Shown: positions 8,551 through 17,376, numbered from the stretch's first letter. The stretch: 32,000 nucleotides of DNA from Coprobacillaceae bacterium (GCA_963675915.1 OY780959.1:2220001-2252000); one strand, 5' to 3'. The notes: a model not told the origin generated them from the sequence alone. A program made the numbers and translations.

Positions 8551-8574
8551 AAAAGGAGACAAATGCCTCCTTTT
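8551..8574 (-). terminator. Rho-independent terminator of the GH4-MFS operon (potentially bidirectional)
   Basis: The AAAAGGAG...CTCCTTTT hairpin lies 8 nt beyond the MFS stop codon. T-runs follow it on both strands. Confidence 0.65.
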
Positions 8575-8581
8575 GTTTGGG

Positions 8582-9793
8582 TTATAATTTGTTTTTAGAA
8601 TGTATAAGGTTTGAATTGTTGGTGACAATTCCGATTGCCAGCACTCCGGTTCCGATTGCAGTCATTACGGTAGCCACCAGCAAGAAACTGTTGACTCCCA
8701 AATTATCGATTAAAAGACCTGCGGATAATGATGCAATAATTCCCGCTAAAGTCATTGACATCGTCATAAACGACTGACCTTTAATCTGATCGGCAGGGCT
8801 GATTGCTTCATTCACATAATAAACCGTACACAGGATGAACGGTGCATAAGCAAACATTTGCAGTACTTGAGCGAAGTAGATTACCCCGACATTTGGCGCC
8901 AGCCACGTAAGGACTGTTTTGGCGAGATACATAACTCCGGAAAAGATGAATAGTTTGTTTAGTGAGAAGCGGTTGTTGATGCGAGTGAACATAAACATGA
9001 CCGGGATTTCCAAATAGGCCGCAATTGATACGGCAACCCCCATGTTCCCGGAGTTGCCTCCGACATTGGTGATAATTTGGAAAAAGAAGTTGTTGATTGC
9101 CAAATGACCGATATAAAGGAAAAAGCAACCAGCTACAACAATCATGAATTTTTTGTAACGTACCACAAACTTGGCGAGCGACAAATCATTCTTAACTTCT
9201 TCGGTTTTTTCTACTTGTTCAGAAATTTCTTCCTTTGGCAGTCGGAACTGGCGGATACTTACCAGCATCGCTGAAGCGAAGATGGCGAAGAATACCGGCA
9301 TATAGTCCGTACTGTTGCCAGTGAAGAACCATCCCAGGAACAGGGAAGCAGTTGCGTAAGCACCGGACCCTATTCCTCGCGGAATGGAAAAGTTAAGTTT
9401 GTAACCATGTTTTTCAAAGGTGAAAGCCATGGAATTTATCAAGGGCAGGATGCACAATCCGACTGTCAGCAGGACGATCTGAACGACGGTAACCACACCA
9501 CTTGCGCTACCGGAAATGAAAGCTATTGCGCTGCCAAGCAGGATGATAGCCAACATTATTGCGACCGCACGGGACAAAGGTATTTCCTTGTGATCATCGA
9601 GATATGCCGCGACAAATGGTTGAATAACAAATGCGAAGACGTTTGCGAGTGCCAATGCCAGTCCGATTACCGAGTTCGAAATCCCTGAACCCAGCATGTA
9701 TACCGAAGCGTAGCCGGACATTGCGCAGAAAGTGGCATAGTAAAGTGCCTGAATTGCTCCGTAAGTGATATTCAACTTTCTTGTCTTGTTCAT
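8582..9793 (-). CDS. MFS-type transporter (about 12 predicted transmembrane segments), substrate unknown
   Basis: The 403-aa product is very hydrophobic, with two halves separated by a charged central loop (RLPKEEISEQVEKTEEVKND). A GGAG RBS is present. The start lies 40 nt downstream of the GH4 gene on the same strand. Confidence 0.8.
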   Translation of the reverse strand: MNKTRKLNITYGAIQALYYATFCAMSGYASVYMLGSGISNSVIGLALALANVFAFVIQPFVAAYLDDHKEIPLSRAVAIMLAIILLGSAIAFISGSASGVVTVVQIVLLTVGLCILPLINSMAFTFEKHGYKLNFSIPRGIGSGAYATASLFLGWFFTGNSTDYMPVFFAIFASAMLVSIRQFRLPKEEISEQVEKTEEVKNDLSLAKFVVRYKKFMIVVAGCFFLYIGHLAINNFFFQIITNVGGNSGNMGVAVSIAAYLEIPVMFMFTRINNRFSLNKLFIFSGVMYLAKTVLTWLAPNVGVIYFAQVLQMFAYAPFILCTVYYVNEAISPADQIKGQSFMTMSMTLAGIIASLSAGLLIDNLGVNSFLLVATVMTAIGTGVLAIGIVTNNSNLIHSKNKL

Positions 9794-9833
9794 AAATTTC
9801 TCCTTGAAATATAGTTGATAGTTGCTTTAAAAA

Positions 9834-11213
9834 TTATAATTCAGCGATAGCTTGAACTTTTTCGTCTTTGATTGTAACACCTGCTGCTTCCAACTCAGCG
9901 ATTTTTTCAGCGAATTGTGGAAGGAAATGTTTATGAGCGATCAATAATTCGTCACAAATACGTTTTGCAGTTGTTCCACCTGAGATTTGTGGATTCAAAG
10001 TGAATGCTTGTAATAATGTTCCATAATCTCCAGTTACTGCAGCTTCGATAACACATTGTTCCATGTTTTTCATTACTTGCAGCCAACCTTTTGAAGCGTA
10101 ATCCATATCTCCCCAAGCGATAGCCATTGGACCTGCACTTGACATGTATGTAGATACTTCTACTGCACAGTCAACTGGTAAGAATGGGATAGCTCCATTG
10201 TTTCTTGTTGAAACAACGATGTGAGTTTTCTTGTCTCCGTAGATAGATGCGATAGTTTCGCAAGCAGCATCACTGTAGTGAGCCCCACCACGTTTAGCCA
10301 ATTGTTCAGGTTTATGATCCAAGTTAGGATCTTTGTATAATTCGAACAGTTCTGCTTCAGTTTGTTTAACTTGTTCAGCACGAGTTCCTTTACCATTGTA
10401 ATCTTCCAATAAGTGATCAAGCATATCTGTTTGCATATAGTAATAACGGTGGTATCCACAAGGAATCATTCCCATTTGATCAACGATTTCTTTTGTGATT
10501 GGACAGTCAGCGATATTAGCTGGGATACCAGCATCAGCATCATACATACGATCGATTACTTTTTGAGTGATGTTGTTTCCAGCTTTGTCATATACTTTAT
10601 GCCAGTGGAAATGGTTTAAACCGGCGAAACGATAGTTCATATCTTCAAGTTTCATTTCTAACATTTCAGGTTCAGCCATCATTGCACCAACTGGTACGTT
10701 ACATAATCCGATAACTTTTTCCCATCCACCTTTTCTCAGGATAGCTTCAGTAACCATTCCAGATGGATTAGTGAAGTTAACCAACCAGGCATCAGGACAT
10801 AATTCTTTCATGTCTTCAACGATGTCCAGGATTACTGGGATAGTTCTAAGTGCTTTGAAGATTCCTCCGGCACCATTTGTTTCTTGTCCCATTACACCGT
10901 AGCTAAGTGGGATTCTTTCGTCTTTGATCCGAGCATTCAATAAACCAACCCGGAATTGGGTAGTAACGAAATCAGCATCTTTCAATGCTTCACGACGATC
11001 TAAAGTCAAATGTACTTTAACATCATAAGGAGAAGCGTCCCACATTCTTTGAGCCATTTTCCCAACGATTTCCATTTTTTCTTTACCAGCTTCGATATCA
11101 ACAAGCCAAATCTCGCGGATTGGCAATTCATCATATCTTTTGATGAAACCTTCCATCAATTCAGGAGTATAAGAACTACCCCCACCAATTGTAACTATTT
11201 TAACACCTTTCAT
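9834..11213 (-). CDS. Glycoside hydrolase family 4, 6-phospho-beta-glucosidase (ChbF/CelF/LicH-like, NAD+/Mn2+ dependent)
   Basis: The N-terminus reads KIVTIGGGSSYTPELMEGFIKRYDELP...LDRREALKDADFVTTQFRVG...GQETNGAGGIFKALRTIPV...NFTNPSGMVTEA. From memory it aligns almost residue for residue with E. coli ChbF. An AAGGAGG RBS is present. Confidence 0.88.
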   Translation of the reverse strand: MKGVKIVTIGGGSSYTPELMEGFIKRYDELPIREIWLVDIEAGKEKMEIVGKMAQRMWDASPYDVKVHLTLDRREALKDADFVTTQFRVGLLNARIKDERIPLSYGVMGQETNGAGGIFKALRTIPVILDIVEDMKELCPDAWLVNFTNPSGMVTEAILRKGGWEKVIGLCNVPVGAMMAEPEMLEMKLEDMNYRFAGLNHFHWHKVYDKAGNNITQKVIDRMYDADAGIPANIADCPITKEIVDQMGMIPCGYHRYYYMQTDMLDHLLEDYNGKGTRAEQVKQTEAELFELYKDPNLDHKPEQLAKRGGAHYSDAACETIASIYGDKKTHIVVSTRNNGAIPFLPVDCAVEVSTYMSSAGPMAIAWGDMDYASKGWLQVMKNMEQCVIEAAVTGDYGTLLQAFTLNPQISGGTTAKRICDELLIAHKHFLPQFAEKIAELEAAGVTIKDEKVQAIAEL

Positions 11214-11349
11214 TTAAATAAAATCCTCCTTAAAGTTTATGGTTCCATTGTAGTGATAAATTTGAAAAAATGGGACTATTTCCAAAATTTGAAATTTCAC
11301 AAATCTGAAAAAAATACTGAGCACATTCCTTTTATCAAAGAAACAAAAG

Positions 11350-11358
11350 TGCTATGAT
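11350..11358 (+). promoter_or_regulatory. Candidate extended -10 promoter element for dfx
   Basis: TGcTATGAT lies 34 nt upstream of the dfx ATG. The -35 region is weak. Confidence 0.4.
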
Positions 11359-11391
11359 TGGTGTAGATAGTAGAAAAAGGAGGAAAATCCA

Positions 11392-11766
11392 ATGAGATTT
11401 TTTAAATGTAATGTGTGTGGTAATATCGTTGAATTAGTTGAAAATGGTGGCGGACAATTAGTTTGCTGTGATCAACCGATGGAAGAATTGATTGCAGGAA
11501 CTGTTGATGCAGCAGTTGAAAAACATGTCCCTGTAGTATCTATGGATGGAGATGTGTTGAGTGTGGCTGTTGGTGAAGTATTGCATCCAATGACTGAAGA
11601 ACATCTGATCAAATTCATCGCAGTTGAATTGGAAGACGGATCTTTACGTAAAGATTTGACACCTGCTGACGAACCAAAAGCATCATTCAATGTAGCTGGT
11701 AAGAAAGTTGTTGCAGTTTATGAATTCTGTAACCTTCATGGATTATGGAAAACTGACGTAAAATAG
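11392..11766 (+). CDS. dfx: Desulfoferrodoxin (class I / 2Fe superoxide reductase)
   Basis: The 124-aa product has an N-terminal desulforedoxin-like Cys cluster (CNVCGN...LVCCDQPM). It also has a C-terminal SOR domain (EKHVPV..., HPMTEEHLI, CNLHGLW). The RBS is AAAGGAGG and the stop codon is TAG. Confidence 0.9.
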   Translation: MRFFKCNVCGNIVELVENGGGQLVCCDQPMEELIAGTVDAAVEKHVPVVSMDGDVLSVAVGEVLHPMTEEHLIKFIAVELEDGSLRKDLTPADEPKASFNVAGKKVVAVYEFCNLHGLWKTDVK

Positions 11767-11816
11767 TCGTTGGAATTTCAAACTGTTATATTAATTTAAT
11801 AAATAAGGAATATTAT

Positions 11817-11849
11817 CCCGCGGTCATAGCTGACTGCGGGTATTTTTTT
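11817..11849 (+). terminator. Rho-independent terminator of dfx
   Basis: The hairpin CCCGCGGTCA / TGACTGCGGG (loop TAGC, one G-U pair) is followed by TATTTTTTT. Confidence 0.75.
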
Positions 11850-11936
11850 GGGGATTTGGATAATTTGAGCCAAAATGGCTAAAAAACTATATTGTCATCA
11901 ATTTTTTTTGTATAATGTATAAAGGAGGTTTTGATT

Positions 11937-13166
11937 ATGGGAAAATTCACTTTAGCAAGCATTGCCTTGAAGGAGGAACGAGTAATTCGGGATCCGATCC
12001 ATAATTATATAACTGTTGATAATCGGGTGATTCTCGATTTGATCGATACGCCTCAATTTCAGAGGCTGCGTCGGATCAAGCAGTTGGGGGGGACTTCGCA
12101 GGCATATCCCGGGGGGGAACATTCACGTTTTTCCCATTCACTGGGAGTGTATTATATAATAAGGAGAATGGTCAGAAAAAGTGTCATCAAGGAATACCTC
12201 TGTGACTACGAATATCTTTGTGCGATGGTGGCCGGGTTACTCCATGATATCGGCCATGGACCGTTCTCGCATTCATTTGAAGATATCTTTTCAGGAAAAC
12301 ACGAGGAGTATACCGTCAAGATTATCCGGGACTGTCCGGAGATATCCGATATTCTAGGTTCAGTAAGTGAAGACATGGCTGAAGATGTCTGCAAGATAAT
12401 TGAGAAAAAACACGATAATCAGATTCTCATAGGCTTGGTTTCATCGCAGATCGATGCCGATCGGATGGACTACCTGCTTCGGGATTCTTATTTTACCGGT
12501 GTAAGTTACGGTCATTTCGATTTGGCTCGTATCATTCGCTGTATCCGAGTCCAAGATGGCAAAATAGTCTTTAAAAAAAGCGGGGTCCAGGCAATCGAGG
12601 ATTATATCCTGGCGCGATATCACATGTATTGGCAAGTGTATTTCCATCCGGTTGGCCGTAGTTATGAAATGATTCTAAAATCAATCTTCAGGAGAGTCAA
12701 AGCCCTTTACAAGACCGGGTATGACTTTGGCGATATCCGTTACCTCAAGCCATTTTTGGATGGTCAAGTCAGTGCGGCCGATTACATCATGCTTGATGAA
12801 GCGGTGATTCTTTATTATTTCAAGAACTTCACTCAGGGAAGCGATCAGATATTGAGTGATCTTTGCACCAGATTCTTGAATCGGGAGTTGTTTGGCTATA
12901 TCGATGTCGACTACTATGATGAAAAAGTGGTTGAAAAAATCAAGAACGACCAAACAAAACGGGGCTATGATCCTGATTACTATGTTGCCCTCGACACTCA
13001 GCAAGCGGTTCCGTATCATTATTATGGCAACTCGCATCAAATTGGTGAGATTGAAATTGTCAACAATGGCCAGCTGGTTCCGTTTCCACAGATAAGTGAA
13101 ATAGTCGGAGCGATAACAACTTCCAATCGAAACAAAGAGGCTCATAAAATCTATTTCCCGAAATAA
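11937..13166 (+). CDS. HD-domain phosphohydrolase of the dGTPase/SAMHD1-like family (YwfO-like)
   Basis: Family motifs are present: IRDPIHNYI...TPQFQRLRRIKQLG, RFSHSLGV, LLHDIGHGPFSH and DADRMDYLLRD. I place the start at ATG 11937, 8 nt after AAAGGAGG. The ORF-track start at 11931 is a TTG too close to the RBS. Confidence 0.85.
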   Translation: MGKFTLASIALKEERVIRDPIHNYITVDNRVILDLIDTPQFQRLRRIKQLGGTSQAYPGGEHSRFSHSLGVYYIIRRMVRKSVIKEYLCDYEYLCAMVAGLLHDIGHGPFSHSFEDIFSGKHEEYTVKIIRDCPEISDILGSVSEDMAEDVCKIIEKKHDNQILIGLVSSQIDADRMDYLLRDSYFTGVSYGHFDLARIIRCIRVQDGKIVFKKSGVQAIEDYILARYHMYWQVYFHPVGRSYEMILKSIFRRVKALYKTGYDFGDIRYLKPFLDGQVSAADYIMLDEAVILYYFKNFTQGSDQILSDLCTRFLNRELFGYIDVDYYDEKVVEKIKNDQTKRGYDPDYYVALDTQQAVPYHYYGNSHQIGEIEIVNNGQLVPFPQISEIVGAITTSNRNKEAHKIYFPK

Positions 13167-13190
13167 TTTTTAGTTGTTTATATCAATTTA

Positions 13191-13199
13191 TGGTATAAT
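13191..13199 (+). promoter_or_regulatory. Candidate extended -10 promoter element (TGgTATAAT) for the DUF1934-cls(-argS) unit
   Basis: TGgTATAAT lies 16 nt upstream of ATG 13215. This would give a very short leader. Confidence 0.4.
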
Positions 13200-13214
13200 C
13201 GCAATGGTGATTAA

Positions 13215-13607
13215 ATGAAAGTTAATATTAAGTATAAAAGTATAATTAAATACGAAGATTATCGGGATACTATCGAATATTATTCCCAAGGTCATTACGA
13301 TGAACGAGGGGATGATTTTGAATTGGTATTCACAACCGATGGCAACCGGATCAAGATTGAAAAATTGGGAGATTCAATTTATCTGTACAACAACGATTCC
13401 AGATTGGTGTTGCGTGATGAGGAGCTTCTCAATGACTATTCAACTCCTTATGGGAGTGTCGAATTGGTTAGCAAGCTGGATAAGTTTGAATATCTCAAAC
13501 CTAATCTGAAGATCAAATATACTCTCTCTCAAAATGATGAGAAAGTTAATGAGGTTTTCGTTGTCGTCAAAATTATGGAAAAGGATGATGGAGATGAAAA
13601 TATTTAA
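13215..13607 (+). CDS. Small beta-rich protein, DUF1934 (YwiB)-like
   Basis: The 130-aa product shows the pattern ...FELVFTTDGNRIKIEKLGDSIYLY...YSTPYGSVELVSKLDKFEY...LKIKYTL. Its size and its position upstream of argS match what I remember of DUF1934 proteins. This assignment is from memory only. Confidence 0.55.
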   Translation: MKVNIKYKSIIKYEDYRDTIEYYSQGHYDERGDDFELVFTTDGNRIKIEKLGDSIYLYNNDSRLVLRDEELLNDYSTPYGSVELVSKLDKFEYLKPNLKIKYTLSQNDEKVNEVFVVVKIMEKDDGDENI

Positions 13608-15105
13608 AATTTTAACCAGTAAAATTTTTGTATTTGGAATCCTGATTTTATTTCAACTGATATGGGTGTTGGTAATGATGTTCTTCCTTTCCGATATTTC
13701 GGTTATTTTGGAAGGCGTGCTGCGGATAGTGAGCTTCATGGTTCTGCTTTACATTGTCAACAAGGATGAAGATTCCGGATACAAACTGATATGGGCGATT
13801 GTGATAACCATTGCACCTCTTTTTGGGGGCATGATGTATCTGGCTATCGGGAACAAACGACCTTCGACGCGGATGCGCGACAGTTTTGACAAGCAGTTGA
13901 ATTATCTAACAACTTTGCCGGAGGAAAAAACCGCCGATATCGATATTCCCCTGGATTATCGGGGGCAGTTCAACTATCTTGAGTCAATCGGTTATTCGAC
14001 CTATCAGCATACCACGTCCAGGTACTATCCGGTCGGTGAGGAAAACTTCGTTGATCTTCTTGCCGATATCAAAAATGCCCGTCATTTTGTGTTTATGGAG
14101 TATTTCATAATCGAGAACGGATACATGCTTGAGAGTATCATCGAAGCGTTGATCGAGTGCGCGCAAAAGGGAGTTGAAGTGAGATTCCTCTATGATGATG
14201 TGGGTTCTTTGGCCCGTGGTAAGAGCGAAACCCTGAAAAAATTGCGTGACGCCGGGATCAAAATAATGGCTTTCAATCCTTTCGTCCCATTCTTGTCAAT
14301 CGCGATGAATAACCGGGACCACCGCAAGATTACCGTTATCGACGGAATTGTCGGCTACAGTGGCGGAATCAATCTGGCTGACGAATACATCAACGAGATT
14401 GTCCGATTCGGGCACTGGAAAGATTCCGGAGTCAGAATCGAGGGCTTGGGAACCTGGTCGCTGACCAAGATGTTTTTAACAACCTGGAATGCCTCGAAGG
14501 ACTCCTATGAGGATTTCCAAAAGTATCATCCCAAGTATTATCAACAAAACTATGCTACCGACGGTTATATAATTCCCTACGCCGACAGTCCTTTGGACAA
14601 TGAATCGGTAGGGGAAAACGTCTACCTAAATATAATCAATAATGCGAAAAAATACATTTATATCTTTACGCCGTACCTGGTTTTGAACGACACGCTTCAC
14701 AAAGCCTTGGTTCTGGCGGTAAAGAGGAATGTCGATGTCCGGATTGTGACGCCGGGAATTCCCGATAAGAAGTATGTGTATTATGTGACCCGTTCATTCT
14801 ATGAAAATCTCATCTCTGAAGGGGTGAAGATTTATGAATATACGCCGGGATTCATTCATTCAAAAAACTTCATTGTCGATGACGAAATTGCGACAGTAGG
14901 TACGATCAACCTTGATTATCGGAGTTTGTTTTTGCATTTCGAATGCGGGGTTATCCTGTACAAATCAAGCACCATCGCCAAAATAAAAGAAGACTTTGTC
15001 AATACATTCGAAGTAAGTCATCAGGTTGAAGCGACAGAACTTGACCGCTTCAAATTTACCAAAGTGGCCGGATTTATCCTGAGACTGTTTGCTCCACTGC
15101 TCTAA
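13594..15105 (+). CDS. cls: Cardiolipin synthase (PLD superfamily, two HKD motifs)
   Basis: The product has two N-terminal transmembrane helices. HKD motifs are present at HRKITVIDG...GGINLADEY and HSKNFIVDDEIATVGTINLDYRS. The likely start is ATG 13594 (MKIFKILTSK...), which overlaps the end of the preceding gene by 14 nt. The ORF-track start at 13534 lies inside that gene. Confidence 0.9.
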   Translation: MKIFKILTSKIFVFGILILFQLIWVLVMMFFLSDISVILEGVLRIVSFMVLLYIVNKDEDSGYKLIWAIVITIAPLFGGMMYLAIGNKRPSTRMRDSFDKQLNYLTTLPEEKTADIDIPLDYRGQFNYLESIGYSTYQHTTSRYYPVGEENFVDLLADIKNARHFVFMEYFIIENGYMLESIIEALIECAQKGVEVRFLYDDVGSLARGKSETLKKLRDAGIKIMAFNPFVPFLSIAMNNRDHRKITVIDGIVGYSGGINLADEYINEIVRFGHWKDSGVRIEGLGTWSLTKMFLTTWNASKDSYEDFQKYHPKYYQQNYATDGYIIPYADSPLDNESVGENVYLNIINNAKKYIYIFTPYLVLNDTLHKALVLAVKRNVDVRIVTPGIPDKKYVYYVTRSFYENLISEGVKIYEYTPGFIHSKNFIVDDEIATVGTINLDYRSLFLHFECGVILYKSSTIAKIKEDFVNTFEVSHQVEATELDRFKFTKVAGFILRLFAPLL

Positions 15106-15118
15106 ATACTAACTTTTA

Positions 15119-15147
15119 TTGACTAAAAGCCATTTTTTTGGTAATTT
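15119..15147 (+). promoter_or_regulatory. Candidate promoter of argS
   Basis: The elements are -35 TTGACT (15119-15124), a 17-nt spacer ending in TGg, and -10 TAATTT (15142-15147). Confidence 0.45.
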
Positions 15148-15176
15148 TAATAAGATAAAACCTAAGGAGGAAAAAA

Positions 15177-16838
15177 ATGCCAACTAATAAAATAGAACAT
15201 TCTTTGCAATTGGCGCTGAAAGAAGCATTGATAAAAAGTGGATTTTGCCAGGAATATGATGAAAATACAATCACAATTGAAATTCCTAAAGACAAAAGCC
15301 ATGGAGATTATGCAACTAATCTGGCAATGCAGCTTACGAAACAATTACGCAAAAATCCTCGAGAAATTGCCGGGGCGATTGTTGAAAATGTCGATTTGAC
15401 CAAATACAACATTGAAAAACTGGCCATCGCGGGACCGGGCTTCATAAATATAATTATGGAAAAGACGGCGATAACATCAGTTATCAGTGAAATCATCGCC
15501 GCAAAAGACGAATATGGAAAATCAAATGCCGGAAACAACGTTAAATATAATATCGAGTTTGTTTCGGCAAATCCGACGGGGGACCTTCATTTAGGCCATG
15601 CCAAAGGTGCCGCAGTAGGAGATTCAATCTGTCGAATCATGACAGCGGCGGGATACGATGTTACCCGTGAATATTACATCAATGATGCCGGTAACCAAAT
15701 CAACAATCTGGCAATTTCGCTTTATTACCGATATCTTGAAAGTTTCGGAAAAGATGTTGCTCTTCCTGATGACGGTTATCATGGACAGGATATCATTGAT
15801 ATTGCCAAACTGTTGAAAGAAGAAGTACAGGACAAGTATCTCGAAGCGCCAAAAGAGGAAGCGTTGGCTTTCTTCAAGGAGCGGGGAAAATACTATGAAC
15901 TGGAAAAAATCAAAGGGGTTCTTAAAGAATTCCGGGTTCACTTCGACAACTGGTTCTCGGAGACTTCACTGTATGAAGATAACAAGATCATCCCGACAAT
16001 TGAAAAACTGACCAATGCTGGATACACTTACGAACTCGATGGCGCTTTATGGCTTAAATCAACTGAGTTTGGTGATGACAAGGACCGTGTTTTGGTCAAA
16101 TCCGATGGTTCTTATACTTATTTGACTCCGGATATCGCATACCATCTTAACAAGTTCGATCGCGGATATGAATATCTGGTCGATTTGCTTGGAGCCGATC
16201 ACCACGGCTATATCAATAGGATGAAAGCGGCCATTCAGGCGCTTGGATACAATGCCGATCAGTTGAATATCGACATCATCCAAATGGTCAGAATGGTTGA
16301 AAACGGTCAGGAAGTCAAAATGAGCAAACGTACCGGTAATGCCATCACAATCCAAAATCTGATTGATGATATCGGGGTTGATGCGACCAGATACTTCTTT
16401 GTATCCAAAGCAGCTAACAGTCATTTCGATTTCGACTTGACTCTGGCCAAATCAAAATCGAATGAAAATCCGGTTTATTATGCGCAATATGCTCATGCCA
16501 GAATGTCTTCAATCATGAATCAGGCTGAGGAAGCCGGATTGAAAATGGCTGATACGTTTGAATTGCTTGTGCATGAAAAAGAGGTTGATCTTTGTCAAAG
16601 CATCAACGAATTCCCAAATGAAGTCAGTGAAGCCGCTCGAAACAGAGCACCGCACAAACTGGCTAACTATATTCAAAAACTGGCAGCATCATTCCATAGT
16701 TATTATAATGAATGCCATGTAATCGATAAAGACAACCTAGAGCTGTCGAGTCAACGTCTGGCTCTTGTCGAAGCGACAAGAATCACACTGAAAAATGCAA
16801 TGAATTTATTAGGTGTAAGTGCACCGGAAAAAATGTAA
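15177..16838 (+). CDS. argS: Arginine--tRNA ligase
   Basis: The 553-aa class I aaRS carries the motifs SANPTGDLHLGH (HIGH-type) and KMSKRTGN (KMSKS-type), plus a C-terminal DALR anticodon-binding domain. The RBS is AAGGAGG. Confidence 0.95.
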   Translation: MPTNKIEHSLQLALKEALIKSGFCQEYDENTITIEIPKDKSHGDYATNLAMQLTKQLRKNPREIAGAIVENVDLTKYNIEKLAIAGPGFINIIMEKTAITSVISEIIAAKDEYGKSNAGNNVKYNIEFVSANPTGDLHLGHAKGAAVGDSICRIMTAAGYDVTREYYINDAGNQINNLAISLYYRYLESFGKDVALPDDGYHGQDIIDIAKLLKEEVQDKYLEAPKEEALAFFKERGKYYELEKIKGVLKEFRVHFDNWFSETSLYEDNKIIPTIEKLTNAGYTYELDGALWLKSTEFGDDKDRVLVKSDGSYTYLTPDIAYHLNKFDRGYEYLVDLLGADHHGYINRMKAAIQALGYNADQLNIDIIQMVRMVENGQEVKMSKRTGNAITIQNLIDDIGVDATRYFFVSKAANSHFDFDLTLAKSKSNENPVYYAQYAHARMSSIMNQAEEAGLKMADTFELLVHEKEVDLCQSINEFPNEVSEAARNRAPHKLANYIQKLAASFHSYYNECHVIDKDNLELSSQRLALVEATRITLKNAMNLLGVSAPEKM

Positions 16839-16848
16839 GGAGATCGAA

Positions 16849-17157
16849 ATGGAAAATTTTAAATCAATGGTTGATATTGCCTATGATTCTTTGATAGAAG
16901 CTGGTGGGGCGATGAGTTTTTATGATATGTTTGACAAAGTCCAAGCACTTCGTGAATTTAGCGGGGAAGAAATCGATGAAAAGAGATCACTATTCTATAC
17001 GAACGTCACTTTGGACGGGCGTTTCATCACCCTGGGTGAAAACCTGTGGGACTTGCGTGATCGCCACCTTTTCTCTGAAGTTCATATCGATATGAATGAT
17101 ATCTATAATGAAGAAGACGATGCTGATGATGAAAGCGAAGAAGAAGACGAAGATTAA
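16849..17157 (+). CDS. rpoE: DNA-directed RNA polymerase delta subunit
   Basis: The N-terminal domain of about 70 aa is HARE-HTH-like (FYTNVTLDGRFITLGENLWDLRDRH). It is followed by a poly-acidic tail (EEDDADDESEEEDED). I place the start at ATG 16849, after GGAG. The ORF-track start at 16819 lies inside argS. Confidence 0.85.
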   Translation: MENFKSMVDIAYDSLIEAGGAMSFYDMFDKVQALREFSGEEIDEKRSLFYTNVTLDGRFITLGENLWDLRDRHLFSEVHIDMNDIYNEEDDADDESEEEDED

Positions 17158-17168
17158 TCTCGCAATTT

Positions 17169-17193
17169 AGACCGGACAAACCGGTCTTTTTTT
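17169..17193 (+). terminator. Rho-independent terminator of argS-rpoE
   Basis: The perfect hairpin AGACCGG / CCGGTCT (5-nt loop) is followed by a T7 run. Confidence 0.8.
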
Positions 17194-17286
17194 CATAATT
17201 TAGAAGATTTTTTTGTGATTTTCCCAAGTAACCCGGAGCTAAAAAGGCAAATGCCTAAAAGTTCGTGAAAAAATTTACTATATTGT

Positions 17287-17306
17287 CATTGTAAACACTT
17301 ACAATG
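17287..17306. promoter_or_regulatory. Inverted repeat CATTGTAA-ACAC-TTACAATG containing a cre-like 14-mer (TGTAAACACTTACA)
   Basis: The two 8-bp arms are perfect. The 14-mer at 17290-17303 matches the CcpA cre consensus WTGNAANCGNWNNCW except at the central G. It is centred about 22 bp upstream of the gap -35 box. Confidence 0.4.
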
Positions 17307-17317
17307 CGGAAAATGGG

Positions 17318-17346
17318 TTGCTTTTATAAAAGTGTTGGATTATAAT
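17318..17346 (+). promoter_or_regulatory. Sigma-A-type promoter of gap
   Basis: The elements are -35 TTGCTT (17318-17323), an exact 17-nt spacer, and -10 TATAAT (17341-17346). Confidence 0.65.
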
Positions 17347-17376
17347 GAACACATAAACTATAAGGAGGATTTATTA

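Noticed and set aside
15106-15176. A possible T-box or other leader riboswitch upstream of argS.
   Set aside because: The intergenic space is only 71 nt and is filled by a promoter-like TTGACT-17-TAATTT and the RBS. It is too short for a T-box (about 200 nt or more), and no specifier or terminator hairpins are visible.
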